64,000 nt of DNA from an uncultured Sulfuricella sp. (lineage in GTDB: Bacteria > Pseudomonadota > Gammaproteobacteria > Burkholderiales > Sulfuricellaceae). Position 1 is the stretch's first letter. Each line of letters opens with the position of its first letter. Made by a program: the position numbers and the translations under genes. The notes under the pieces were generated by a model that saw nothing but the letters and a program-made list of their open reading frames with translations, ran no database searches and was not told where the DNA came from. Below are positions 50,145 through 62,257 of this stretch, in pieces. The stretch covers positions 74,858 through 138,857 of the forward strand of contig CAZLJK010000003.1 of assembly GCA_964559825.1 (NCBI GenBank), read 5' to 3'.

Positions 50145-51305
50145 ATGTCGAAACGACAACTAGCCATGGTGATGGATCTCAACAAGTGCATCGGTTGCCA
50201 GACCTGCACCTCGGCCTGCAAGACCCAATGGACCAACCGCAACGGGCGCGAATACATGTACTGGAACAATGTCGAGACCCGTCCGGGCCAAGGCTATCCG
50301 CGCAAGTGGGAGGAAGCGGGCGGGGGTTTCGACGCCGCCGGGCACTTGAAACCCGGGCGCATCCCTGATCTGCGGCGCGACTACGGTGCGGCGTTCGACA
50401 TGAACTACCTGGAAGCGCTCAATCCTCGCGGACATGACCAGCCTCCCTCCTTCGACGGCGCGGAACACCCGCATCTGGCGCCCGTGGAGATGCCGGTGAA
50501 CGGCCCCAACTGGGACGAGGATCAGGGCGCGGGCGTATACCCTAACAGCTATCATTTTTACCTGCCGCGCATTTGCAATCACTGCACCCATCCGGCCTGC
50601 GTTGCGGCCTGTCCGCGCAAGGCGATCTACAAGCGCGAGGAGGACGGCATCGTGCTCGTCGATCAGTCGCGCTGCCGTGGTTACCAGCATTGTGTCGAGG
50701 CCTGTCCATACAAGAAGATCTATTTCAATCCGACCTTCAAGCGTTCGGAGAAGTGCATTTTCTGCTTCCCGCGCATCGAGCAGGGATTGCCGCCGGCATG
50801 CGCGCAGCAGTGCGTGGGGCGGATTCGCTTCGTCGGCTACCTCGACGACGTGGAAAGCCCGGTGTACAAACTGGTGGAAAAATGGAAAGTGGCGCTGCCG
50901 CTACACGCCGAGTTCGGCACCCAGCCGAATGTGTACTACGTCCCGCCCCTGTCGCCGTCGAGCTACGATGCCGAGGGCAATCTGACGGGCGAGCGGCGCA
51001 TCCCGGATGAAGTCCTGGTCAATTTTTTCGGGCCGCGCGTGCCGGAAGTGCTGATGCTGCTGGAGCAGGAGCGGGAAAAAAAGCGCCGGGGCGAAAAATC
51101 CGAGCTCATGGAGACGCTCATTGCCTATCGCCATGAGGAGATGTTCAAGCTCGATGCCGCGTATTACCAGAAGGCCAAGGCGGCTCCCGCGCCCAGGAGT
51201 CAACGGGGCATTCCTGTCCTGGCATGGGAAGACCGGGAGGGCTGGGAAGAATTCAGAAAAACGCGCGAAATCGCCGCTGGCAATTTTCCGGGAGAGGTGG
51301 CATGA
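50145..51305 (+). CDS. DMSO reductase family type II, iron-sulfur beta subunit (NarH/EbdB/SerB-like)
   Basis: DLNKCIGCQTCTSACK, YLPRICNHCTHPACVAACP, CRGYQHCVEACPYKK, KCIFCFPR...CAQQCVGRIR. Confidence 0.95.
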   Translation: MSKRQLAMVMDLNKCIGCQTCTSACKTQWTNRNGREYMYWNNVETRPGQGYPRKWEEAGGGFDAAGHLKPGRIPDLRRDYGAAFDMNYLEALNPRGHDQPPSFDGAEHPHLAPVEMPVNGPNWDEDQGAGVYPNSYHFYLPRICNHCTHPACVAACPRKAIYKREEDGIVLVDQSRCRGYQHCVEACPYKKIYFNPTFKRSEKCIFCFPRIEQGLPPACAQQCVGRIRFVGYLDDVESPVYKLVEKWKVALPLHAEFGTQPNVYYVPPLSPSSYDAEGNLTGERRIPDEVLVNFFGPRVPEVLMLLEQEREKKRRGEKSELMETLIAYRHEEMFKLDAAYYQKAKAAPAPRSQRGIPVLAWEDREGWEEFRKTREIAAGNFPGEVA

Positions 51306-52360
51306 AGCGGACTGCGCAACGATTCGGGTGGCTGTGGGCCGCGCTGGCCGTGGCGCTGGCGATGAATTTCCCCTTTGCGTCGGCCGGGGACGCGGCGACT
51401 TTCATCAGCGCAAAAAAGAGCGGAGCCGAGCCGCCACTTGACCCGCTGGATCCGGCCTGGGAGAAGCTTGATCCGACCCCGGTCGCGCTCTACCCGCAGG
51501 CTAGCATTGCACCGGGATCTGATCAAGATGGCGTGTTGTACGCCAGGGTGCGCGCGCTTTACAGCGGCAAAACCCTGGCCCTGCACGTCGAGTGGCCCGA
51601 TGCCAAGCCATCGGCGACCCGCTCAATCGGCGAGTTTGCCGACGGTATCGCGGTGCAATGGCCGCTACGCTATGGTTCTGGCGTGAGTTTGCCTTATGTC
51701 GGCATGGGTCATGGCGGCGTAGCGGCGGCGCTGTGGCTATGGCGCGCGGACGGTTCCGTGGAGACGCTCGCGGCGGAAGGCTTTGGCACCCTGACGGCGC
51801 AACCGTCCGGTGGCGTAAAAGCCAGCGGGGCGTGGCGTGACGGCAAGTGGCAGGTCGTCTTCACGCGCTCCACCGCTCCCTCGGCGAACGGGCAGCATGT
51901 CCGTTTCGACCCCGCGAAACAGGGGATCGTGCCCTTGGCGCTGGCGCTGTGGAGCGGAGAGGCGCAGGAACGCGACGGCAAGAAGCGCCTGTCCGCCTGG
52001 CAGGCTTTGCGTTTTGAGAAGGCTGCCGCGAACGAGGCTTATCTCAGGTCGTTTGCCGCTGTGGCAAACGGCAATGCCGAAAATGGCAAGCGGCTGATGG
52101 CGGAAAAGGGCTGCGTCGGCTGCCACAGCTTTCCGGGCAATGCCGCGCAGCCGACGGTGGGTCCGAACCTCACTTACGTCGGCGGCATTCATCATGCCGA
52201 TTACCTGCTCGAATCGATCACAAACCCGTCCCTCATCATTGTCCCTGGCAAGACCTATTCCACGGCGCAGAATGGCAAGCGGGTTTCGCTGATGCCGCCG
52301 TTTCAGGGCACGAAACAGGAAAGGCAGGATATTGCCGCGTTTCTCCAGATGCTACGGTGA
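51302..52360 (+). CDS. Type II gamma subunit (EbdC-like heme b domain) fused to a C-terminal cytochrome c
   Basis: Signal peptide; VRALYSG.TLALHVEWPD, FADGIAVQWP, YVGMG, AEGFGTL, W.DGKWQVVFTR, KKRLSAW; then GCVGCH CxxCH and SLMPPF. Confidence 0.85.
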   Translation: MKRTAQRFGWLWAALAVALAMNFPFASAGDAATFISAKKSGAEPPLDPLDPAWEKLDPTPVALYPQASIAPGSDQDGVLYARVRALYSGKTLALHVEWPDAKPSATRSIGEFADGIAVQWPLRYGSGVSLPYVGMGHGGVAAALWLWRADGSVETLAAEGFGTLTAQPSGGVKASGAWRDGKWQVVFTRSTAPSANGQHVRFDPAKQGIVPLALALWSGEAQERDGKKRLSAWQALRFEKAAANEAYLRSFAAVANGNAENGKRLMAEKGCVGCHSFPGNAAQPTVGPNLTYVGGIHHADYLLESITNPSLIIVPGKTYSTAQNGKRVSLMPPFQGTKQERQDIAAFLQMLR

Positions 52361-52407
52361 TCGGGTACTTTGTTTGACGGTGTTACATCTTGAAGGAGGG
52401 ATCAACC

Positions 52408-52638
52408 ATGTGGGGCTATTATGGCAATTATGGTTGGGGGAGCGGCGGCATGGTGCCTATGCTGCTGATGTGGACGGTGATTATTCTGGTTATCGCGGTA
52501 CTGGCGAAGTGGATATTCGGGAAGCCGACCGAAACCACGCATGGCAAGACTGCGCTCGAAATTCTCAAAGAGCGTTATGCGCGGGGTGAGATCGATCGTG
52601 AGGAATTTGATCAAAAGAGGCGGGATATTGGGGGCTGA
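52408..52638 (+). CDS. Small membrane protein with a SHOCT domain
   Basis: MWGYYG..GGM, one TM segment, ALEILKERYARGEIDREEF. Confidence 0.88.
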   Translation: MWGYYGNYGWGSGGMVPMLLMWTVIILVIAVLAKWIFGKPTETTHGKTALEILKERYARGEIDREEFDQKRRDIGG

Positions 52639-52642
52639 GCCC

Positions 52643-54036
52643 ATGGTGAATACTGAATCCTTGCGGCGCCTTGCGGCGCTGCCCGCAGTGTATGAAGTTC
52701 TCGCTCACCCGCAGATTGAGGCGCTTGCGGAAAATATCGACCACGACCTGCTGGTGACCGGGATACAGTCTAGTCTGGCGCTCCACCGCGAGGCGCTGCG
52801 GGCTGATCCACAGCATCGTTCGCCCAGCGCGGATGAACTCGCGCAGGAAGTCGCGCTGAAGGTGGCAAAATGGCATCAGCCCGGACTCGTGCCGGTCATC
52901 AATCTCACCGGTACGCTGCTGCACACCAACCTCGGACGTGCGCCGCTCTCGGCGGAGGCGGTAGCGACGCTGGTGCGCGCCGCAGGCACGGTGAATCTCG
53001 AGTATGACCTCGTTGCCGGCAAGCGCGGCGAGCGCGATACGCAAGTGGAAGCGCTGCTGACCCGCCTGACCGGCGCCGAAGCCGCGACCGTGGTCAACAA
53101 CAATGCCGCAGCTTTGTATCTCGCGCTCAATACGTTGGCCAACAAGCGCCGTGTGGTGGTGAGCCGGGGCGAACTGGTGGAAATCGGCGACAGTTTCCGC
53201 GTGCCGGACATCATCCGGGCCAGCGGTTGCCGGCTGATGGAAGTCGGCACTACCAACCGCACCCACCTCGCCGACTACCGGCAGGCACTGGATGAAGGTG
53301 GTACTTTGCTGCTCAAGGTGCATACCAGCAACTACCGCGTGGTGGGGTTCACCAGCGAAGTGCCGCTGGTCGATCTGGTGAAGCTTGGCAGGGAGAGAAA
53401 TATTCCGGTGGTGGTGGATCTGGGTAGCGGGGCGCTGGTGGATGTGAGTCGCTATGGGGTTCTTGGAGAGCCTTTGGTACAGGATGCGGTGCGCGCCGGG
53501 GCGGACCTGGTGACCTTCAGCGGCGACAAGCTGTTGGGCGGCCCGCAGGCCGGGGTGATGGTCGGGCGCACGCCTTTTATCAAGCGTGTCCGGCGTAATC
53601 CCATGAAGCGCGCGCTGCGTTGCGACAAGCTTGTTCTGGGCGCGCTCGACGCGACCCTGGCCGCCTATCTCTCGCCGCAGACGCTGGAGCGGAAACTTCC
53701 CACCTACCGCATGCTGTCGCGTAGCCTGGATGAGATCGAAGCGCTGGCGCGGCAGGTGCAACCCCATCTCGAACGCTGGGCGCAGGGACGCGCGCGAGCC
53801 GAACTGGTTCCCACGCGCGCGCAAGTGGGCAGCGGTGCTGCGCCGGATGCCACGCTCCCGTCGCTGGCTTTTGCGCTCACGCCGCTGAAGGGGGTTTCGG
53901 CAGCGCAGCTCGCGCGCGCCCTGCGCCAGCTCTCGCCGCCGGTAATCGGGCGCCTGCACGACGGCGGACTACTGCTCGACCTGCGCGCTCTGCTCGATGC
54001 CGAGCCGCTCATCCGTGCATTCAATGGGACTCTGCC

Positions 54037-54040
<4 letters not shown>
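52643..54040 (+). CDS. selA: L-seryl-tRNA(Sec) selenium transferase
   Basis: PVINLTGTLLHTNLGRAPL, VNNNAAA, SRGELVEIG, EVGTTNRTH, PLP lysine motif FSGDKLLGGPQAG. Confidence 0.96.
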
Positions 54041-55943
<1,903 letters not shown>

Positions 55944-55947
<4 letters not shown>

Positions 55948-56453
55948 ACAGGATACTCAAAGGACTGGCCGTCCTGCTGGTGTTTTTTCCGACACTGCTT
56001 CTGGCTACGCCGGCTAAGGAGTCACTCCTCGATCTGGAGGGGCAGCCCCATACGCTCGACGAATATACGGGGCGGGGGAAATGGCTGGTAGTCACGGTCT
56101 GGGCTTCCGATTGCGCGGTGTGCAACCGGGAAATCCACGAGTTGATGGTTTTTCATCAGGCGCACCGGGAAACGGATGCCAGCGTGCTCGGTATTTCAGT
56201 GGATGGGCTTGGCGGCAGGCAAAACGCGTTGGCATTCATCAAACGGCACGGGGTAAACTTCCCCAATCTGCTGGATGATGGAAGCGCATTCAAGGCGATT
56301 TATCTGCGCGCTACCGCTCGCCCCTGGTTCGGAGGGACGCCCATGAACCTGGTCTATGCGCCTTCCGGGGAACTGCTGGCGCGACGCATCGGCCCGTTGG
56401 GCAAGGCCGAACTCGAGGCGTTCATCAAGCAGGCAGGAGAACGAAAGCAATAG
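55944..56453 (+). CDS. TlpA-like exported thiol-disulfide oxidoreductase
   Basis: Signal peptide; GKWLVVTVWASDCAVCNRE; GGTPMNLVY. Confidence 0.88.
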
Positions 56454-56469
56454 CGCGTGTTTTACCCAT

Positions 56470-56566
56470 GGAGAGGATGATCGTCCGGTTGGCATCCGCG
56501 GGCTTCAAACCCGTTGGGAGGCAGGTTTCCTGTCTCTGGTAGGTTCGACTCCTACCCTCTCCACCA
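56470..56566 (+). tRNA. selC: tRNA-Sec (UCA), apparent 7/5 (12-bp) type
   Basis: Anticodon loop CTTCAAA; 9-bp variable arm; GTAGG-TTCGACT-CCTAC T-arm; GGAGAGG/CCTCTCC acceptor stem; ends ACCA; lies next to selAB. Confidence 0.92.
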
Positions 56567-56588
56567 TCAAAAGTAAAAGGAGGACAAC

Positions 56589-56939
56589 ATGAAAACTCTT
56601 TTCATACTCAACGATCCGCCCTACGGCACAGAGCGCAGCTACAACGGCTTCCGCCTGGCGCGGGCGCTGGCGAAGCACGAGGACAACGAAATCCGCGTGT
56701 TCCTGCTGGGCGATGCGGCCCTGTGTGCCAAGGCGGGGCAGAAGGTGCCGGAAGGCTATTACAACATCGAATTCTTCGCTCAGAGCATTTTGAAGCGTGG
56801 CGGCGAAATCGGCGTGTGCGGGGTATGCATGGAAGCGCGGGGTCTGAAAGACGAGGAACTCATCCCCGGTTGTCAGCACAGCACGCTGGAGCACCTGGCC
56901 GAATGGACCATGTGGGCGGAGAAAGTGCTCACTTTCTGA
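56589..56939 (+). CDS. DsrE/YchN-family sulfur relay protein
   Basis: ILNDPPYGTERSYNGFRLA, FLLGDAA, VCGVCMEARG. Confidence 0.9.
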   Translation: MKTLFILNDPPYGTERSYNGFRLARALAKHEDNEIRVFLLGDAALCAKAGQKVPEGYYNIEFFAQSILKRGGEIGVCGVCMEARGLKDEELIPGCQHSTLEHLAEWTMWAEKVLTF

Positions 56940-57255
56940 TTCTGGAAGCCGGCCCGGTATTTCATGCAAAGAAGGGTCCCCGGTTCTGGAAGTTTCCGCC
57001 ATGCGAGCCACCTGGGTTCGCAGGAGGCCTTATAGTTAGGAGCGCCGCCCTCGGCGCGAATTCGGCCACAAATCGCGGCGATGGCCAATCCATTCTCAAC
57101 CCGATTCGCCCGGTTCAGCGACCGGAGCGGCGTACCCTATCGCGCGATTTTAGTCCTGGCAAATAGTACAAATGGACGTTTTCAAGCACGCGCATGTTCA
57201 CTACACTGGCTCTACGGCAATACCCCCAGGCAAACACCAACATAAGGGAGTCAAC

Positions 57256-58212
<957 letters not shown>

Positions 58213-58214
58213 CC

Positions 58215-59180
58215 ATGCTGGAGCGCTTCATTTCCGGGGCCTTTCGCAAGACAGCCACGCAGTTGGCGAATGTTCAGGCCCCCTTGCTCGGCCCCGTCGA
58301 GATTTCGGAGCTGCAGGCCCGGGTGGATGCGCTGGGCGAGCCCAACGGGCAAGTGCCCGAGGTTCACTACCGGCACGCCGGCGATTTCCGCTCCGTTTAT
58401 CTGGGGCCGGGGCTGGATTTCGAAGAATCCAGACTGTACGAGCGGGGAGACGACCTGCGCAGCATGGACTGGCGCACCACTGCCCGCACCGGAAAGCCTT
58501 ACGTCAAGGTGTACCGCGAGGAGCATCATCCCGAGATTCATCTCGTGGTGGATCGCGGCCCGACCATGCGCTTCGGCACCGTCGAGCGGCTCAAGGCGGC
58601 GCAGGCGGCGCGGGTCGCAACGATTGCGGCGTTTGTCGCCATGCGCCGCGGGGCCTGCATCGGCGGCACGCTGGTGCAGCCGGACGGGTTATCGCTGCCG
58701 TGTGCGAGCGGGGACGTGGGAGCCTATCGGCTGGTGGAAGCCGCCGCCTCGGCGGCCCCGCCACTGCCGCATGGCGCGGGGGGATACAGCCTGTGGCAGG
58801 TTCTGGAGCAGATCGCCGTGCGGCTTCAGCGCGGCGCGCGGGTGATTGTGGCGAGCGACTTCCATGGCCTCGACGGGGATTGCGGCGGTGTACTGATGCA
58901 GCTTTCCGCGCGCCATCAACTCATTCCCATCCAGATCCTCGACCGGGTCGAAAGCGAATTGCCGGCTATGGGCCATGCCTGCTTCGAAAACCCGCTGACA
59001 GGGCGCAGCCAGTGGCTGGACACGGGGGCCGCATCCCTGCGCCGGGAATTCGCCCTTCGCGCCGGGGAGGCACGAGCCGCCGCAGACGGCCTGTTTGCCG
59101 CCATGGGGGTAAGACTCGCGCACATCCATGCCGACGATGACCCCTTCCATGTCGTGTTGAAGGCGCTTGGCCATGGCTGA
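58215..59180 (+). CDS. DUF58 family protein
   Basis: GLDFEESRLYERGDDLRSMDWRTTAR...VKVYREE, VVDRGPTMRFG. Confidence 0.93.
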   Translation: MLERFISGAFRKTATQLANVQAPLLGPVEISELQARVDALGEPNGQVPEVHYRHAGDFRSVYLGPGLDFEESRLYERGDDLRSMDWRTTARTGKPYVKVYREEHHPEIHLVVDRGPTMRFGTVERLKAAQAARVATIAAFVAMRRGACIGGTLVQPDGLSLPCASGDVGAYRLVEAAASAAPPLPHGAGGYSLWQVLEQIAVRLQRGARVIVASDFHGLDGDCGGVLMQLSARHQLIPIQILDRVESELPAMGHACFENPLTGRSQWLDTGAASLRREFALRAGEARAAADGLFAAMGVRLAHIHADDDPFHVVLKALGHG

Positions 59181-59595
59181 CGCCGTGCTTGTCGATATTG
59201 TCGAACCGGCGGCGTCTCCCCTTGCGGGGGGCGCGAACTATCCTCTGATTGCTGCCGCCGTCGTCTTGACGATTGTCGTTGCGCTTGTGCTTGTCCGCTA
59301 TGTCCGTCGCCGCCGCGCCACGGCCTGGGTCGCACGCCTGCGCACGGAGCATGAACGGGGCCGGCGCGATGCGCGGGAAACCGCATTTTTGCTGGCGGCC
59401 GGCTTGCGGAGAAAGCTGGGCATGTCCGGGATTAACGCAGGGATTCCGCCCAAGGGAATTGAAGCGGCTGCATGGCGCATGTTCGCCGACCGGCTGTCCG
59501 CACTGCGCTATGAGGCGGGTGCAACCGCGACGCCCGGCGAAATGGCATCCCTGTTCGACTGTACGGAACGCTGGATTGCGGAGGCGCGATGCTGA
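59173..59595 (+). CDS. Small TM protein of MoxR-Bat operons (DUF4381-like)
   Basis: DIVEP + TM segment; position between DUF58 and vWA genes. Confidence 0.65.
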   Translation: MADAVLVDIVEPAASPLAGGANYPLIAAAVVLTIVVALVLVRYVRRRRATAWVARLRTEHERGRRDARETAFLLAAGLRRKLGMSGINAGIPPKGIEAAAWRMFADRLSALRYEAGATATPGEMASLFDCTERWIAEARC

Positions 59596-60563
59596 CCCTG
59601 GCGCAGCCTTTCTGGCTGGCGGCAATCCCGGTGGCCCTATTGGCTTGGTGGCTGGGCCGCCGCACGGCAACGGACGAAAGTGGATTGCCCGCGCTGCGCC
59701 TGGTGCACCCGTCACTCGCGGAAGCGCCGTCCGCAGGGACGGCGCGACAAAAATCCCGGTTTGATCGCATCAGCCACGCCGGCGCAATGGTACTGCTGAT
59801 CCTGGCGCTGGCGCGGCCGCAGTGGGACGGCCCATGGATTCCGCCCCAGCCCGAGGGCAGGGAAATGGTGTTGCTGCTGGATGGCTCCCGCAGCATGAGC
59901 ATCACCGACTTTCAGGTGGACGGCCAGCCGGTGGAACGCTTTTCGGTATTGAAGGGACTGGTCACCCGTTTCGCCCAGGGGCGGCAGGGCGACAGGTTCG
60001 GTGTCATCGTGTTCGGCGAGCGCGCCTATACGCTGCTGCCCCCCACCTTCGACCGCGATCTGGTTTCCTCCATGGTGCAGCGCCTGCCGGTGGGCATCGC
60101 CGGCCAGGACACCGCCATCGGCGAGGCGCTGGCCCTCGCCCTCAAGCAGCTCCGGCAAAACCCCAGGCACCGGCCTGCGCTCATGCTGTTCACCGATGGC
60201 GACAGCACGGCGGGCGCGATTTCACCCGCCGAGGCGGTGGAGGTGGCCGCGCGCATGAAAGTACCCGTCTACGCCATCGACATCGGCACCGATTTGTTCG
60301 GCCACGGAACGCGGCCGGAGGTGGCGGGGAAAGACGCGGTCACACTACCGCAGATAGCTGCTTCAACGGGCGGGCGCTATTACCGCGCCACGTCACCCGA
60401 GGCGCTGAAGTCGGTGGTCGAAGACATCGGCCGGCTCGAAAAAACCGTGACTCCGCCCACGAATCGGCGCGAGCGCCACGAATGGTTCTGGTTGCCGGCG
60501 CTGCTGGCTGCGGCCATGCTGACGGCAGCGCGTCTGGGAAAGATATGGGAGCGGATCGTTTGA
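59589..60563 (+). CDS. vWA domain protein (BatA-like)
   Basis: LILALARPQW, MIDAS LLDGSRSM, GDRFGVIVFG, TAIGEAL, LFTDG. Confidence 0.93.
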   Translation: MLTLAQPFWLAAIPVALLAWWLGRRTATDESGLPALRLVHPSLAEAPSAGTARQKSRFDRISHAGAMVLLILALARPQWDGPWIPPQPEGREMVLLLDGSRSMSITDFQVDGQPVERFSVLKGLVTRFAQGRQGDRFGVIVFGERAYTLLPPTFDRDLVSSMVQRLPVGIAGQDTAIGEALALALKQLRQNPRHRPALMLFTDGDSTAGAISPAEAVEVAARMKVPVYAIDIGTDLFGHGTRPEVAGKDAVTLPQIAASTGGRYYRATSPEALKSVVEDIGRLEKTVTPPTNRRERHEWFWLPALLAAAMLTAARLGKIWERIV

Positions 60564-62257
60564 GCGCTTTCTTCACCCAGCTCGACTGGCAATATCCCTG
60601 GGCGCTGCTGCTGGTATTGCAGCCGGCGGCCATGCGCCTCCTGTTGCGTTTGAAGCGCGGCAGGATGCTCTCCTACGCGAGCCCCGTCTTGCGCCCCTGG
60701 GCCATCGTGACGGATGAAACGGCGGCGAAGAGCCGACGCGGGCGGCTCGACATCCTGTTCTGGCTGCTGCTTTCCCTGGCGCTGGCCGGCCCCCGGCTGC
60801 CTGCCCAGCCCGCTGCCAGCCAGGGTCCACCGCCGCGGCAGGATGTCTCGATGGTGGTGGTGCTCAATGTCGGCGATTCCATGTCCGCTGCCGACGTTGC
60901 GCCGGACCGGCTCAACCGCGCACGGCTCGAACTGCTAGACCTGCTGCGCAAGCTGCGCGGCGAGCGGGTGGGGCTCGTCGTATTTGCCGGCACACCCGGC
61001 CTCGTGATTCCCCCGACGAACGATTATGCCGTTTTCCAGGAATTTCTCTCCCTTTCAGACGGCAAGCTGATCGAGGCCAGGGGAAGCCAGGCCGGCAGCG
61101 CGCTGGCGCTTGCCGCACAATTGTTGAAGGGCGACCAGGCGGTGTCCAGGGGCGTACTGCTGGTGAGCGACGCGGATGAAAGCTTGTTCGGCGGCGAAAC
61201 GGGGGCGGAGGCCCTGGCAGGCGCGAAGGCGGTCAAGGATGCCGGGATTGCCCTGTTCGTGCTCGGGGTGGTTGCGGACGGAACGTCGGATGCGCGCCTG
61301 CGGGAGCTCGCGGCGGCAGGTAAGGGCGCCTATGCGCCGGTGCGCGATGGCGACGGCGAGTGGCGCACGCTGTACGACGACGGCATCGGCGCACTGGCGT
61401 CCCGCTTCCGTCCGCCCCCCTCCCCGGACAACTGGCGGCTTCTCTATCCATGGCTGCTCATTCCCGCGCTTCTCATCCTGGCATTGCGGAATTTCAGGGT
61501 GAGGAAACTGGCACTGCTGGCTGTACCGTTGCTTGCGTTCACTCTGGCGATGCCGGATTCAGCACGTGCGGCGGACAAGCCTGAACAGCTCGCCTGGCAG
61601 GCGTACCGGTCCCGCGACTATGTGCGCGCGCAGTTGCTGTATGCCCAGGTGCCGGGGGTAGCCGGGCGCATGGGCGAGGGAGCGAGCGCCTACCGGCGCA
61701 AGGACTTCGCCTATGCGTCGCAGCAGTTCACCGCGGCGTTGCTGGAAGCGCGCAAGCCTTCCGAAACGGCGGACGCCCTCTTCAACCTGGGCAACGCCCA
61801 GTTCATGGTGGGCCGCTTCGAGACGGCCGTGGAGGCATTCCGGGACGTCCTCCGCTACCGGCCTGATGATCCGGGGGTGCGCGCCAACCTCGAACTGGCC
61901 GTCGCGAAACAGCCAACCAAGGCGCCGCCCGGAGCCGAGGGTATACCGGGACGCCGCGGCCGGGGGGTGGGAGGCGCGACAGGGGAAGAGATCGCGGACA
62001 AGCCGGTCACGATGGAAGAAGAAAAAGACAAAGGGCCGTTGCTGACCCTCGACGAATCCGAATTGGCGCGCAAGGCAGTCGAAGGCAAGAGCCAGGCGTC
62101 AGAGGCGATCAGGCAGGCGGCCGGAAGGCTGAGCGGGGAAATCGCCTACCGGGCCGCAGCAAAAAAACTGGAGCTGGTGGAAGACCAGCCATCGAAACTG
62201 CTGTCCGCTTTGCTCAAATTCGAGCAGGAACGGCGTACCGATAGGAGCACGCAGTAG
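60560..62257 (+). CDS. vWA + TPR protein (BatB/C-like)
   Basis: TTG start overlapping the batA stop; ALAGP, degenerate MIDAS LNVGDSM, TPR (ALFNLGNAQF...ANLELA). Confidence 0.85.
   Translation: MSAFFTQLDWQYPWALLLVLQPAAMRLLLRLKRGRMLSYASPVLRPWAIVTDETAAKSRRGRLDILFWLLLSLALAGPRLPAQPAASQGPPPRQDVSMVVVLNVGDSMSAADVAPDRLNRARLELLDLLRKLRGERVGLVVFAGTPGLVIPPTNDYAVFQEFLSLSDGKLIEARGSQAGSALALAAQLLKGDQAVSRGVLLVSDADESLFGGETGAEALAGAKAVKDAGIALFVLGVVADGTSDARLRELAAAGKGAYAPVRDGDGEWRTLYDDGIGALASRFRPPPSPDNWRLLYPWLLIPALLILALRNFRVRKLALLAVPLLAFTLAMPDSARAADKPEQLAWQAYRSRDYVRAQLLYAQVPGVAGRMGEGASAYRRKDFAYASQQFTAALLEARKPSETADALFNLGNAQFMVGRFETAVEAFRDVLRYRPDDPGVRANLELAVAKQPTKAPPGAEGIPGRRGRGVGGATGEEIADKPVTMEEEKDKGPLLTLDESELARKAVEGKSQASEAIRQAAGRLSGEIAYRAAAKKLELVEDQPSKLLSALLKFEQERRTDRSTQ

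Noticed and set aside
47381-52360. Naming the enzyme serABC, narGH, pcrAB or ebdABC
   Set aside because: The motifs fix only the type II family; the FS0 and ligand contexts do not match any one named enzyme well enough without a phylogeny.
56470-56566. selC as the attachment site of the island
   Set aside because: It lies mid-operon, I noticed no second copy of its 3' end in the window, and there is no integrase.
56940-57255. Small gene or selD fragment between DsrE and moxR
   Set aside because: No convincing RBS/ORF or SelD motif was seen; it is probably a promoter region.
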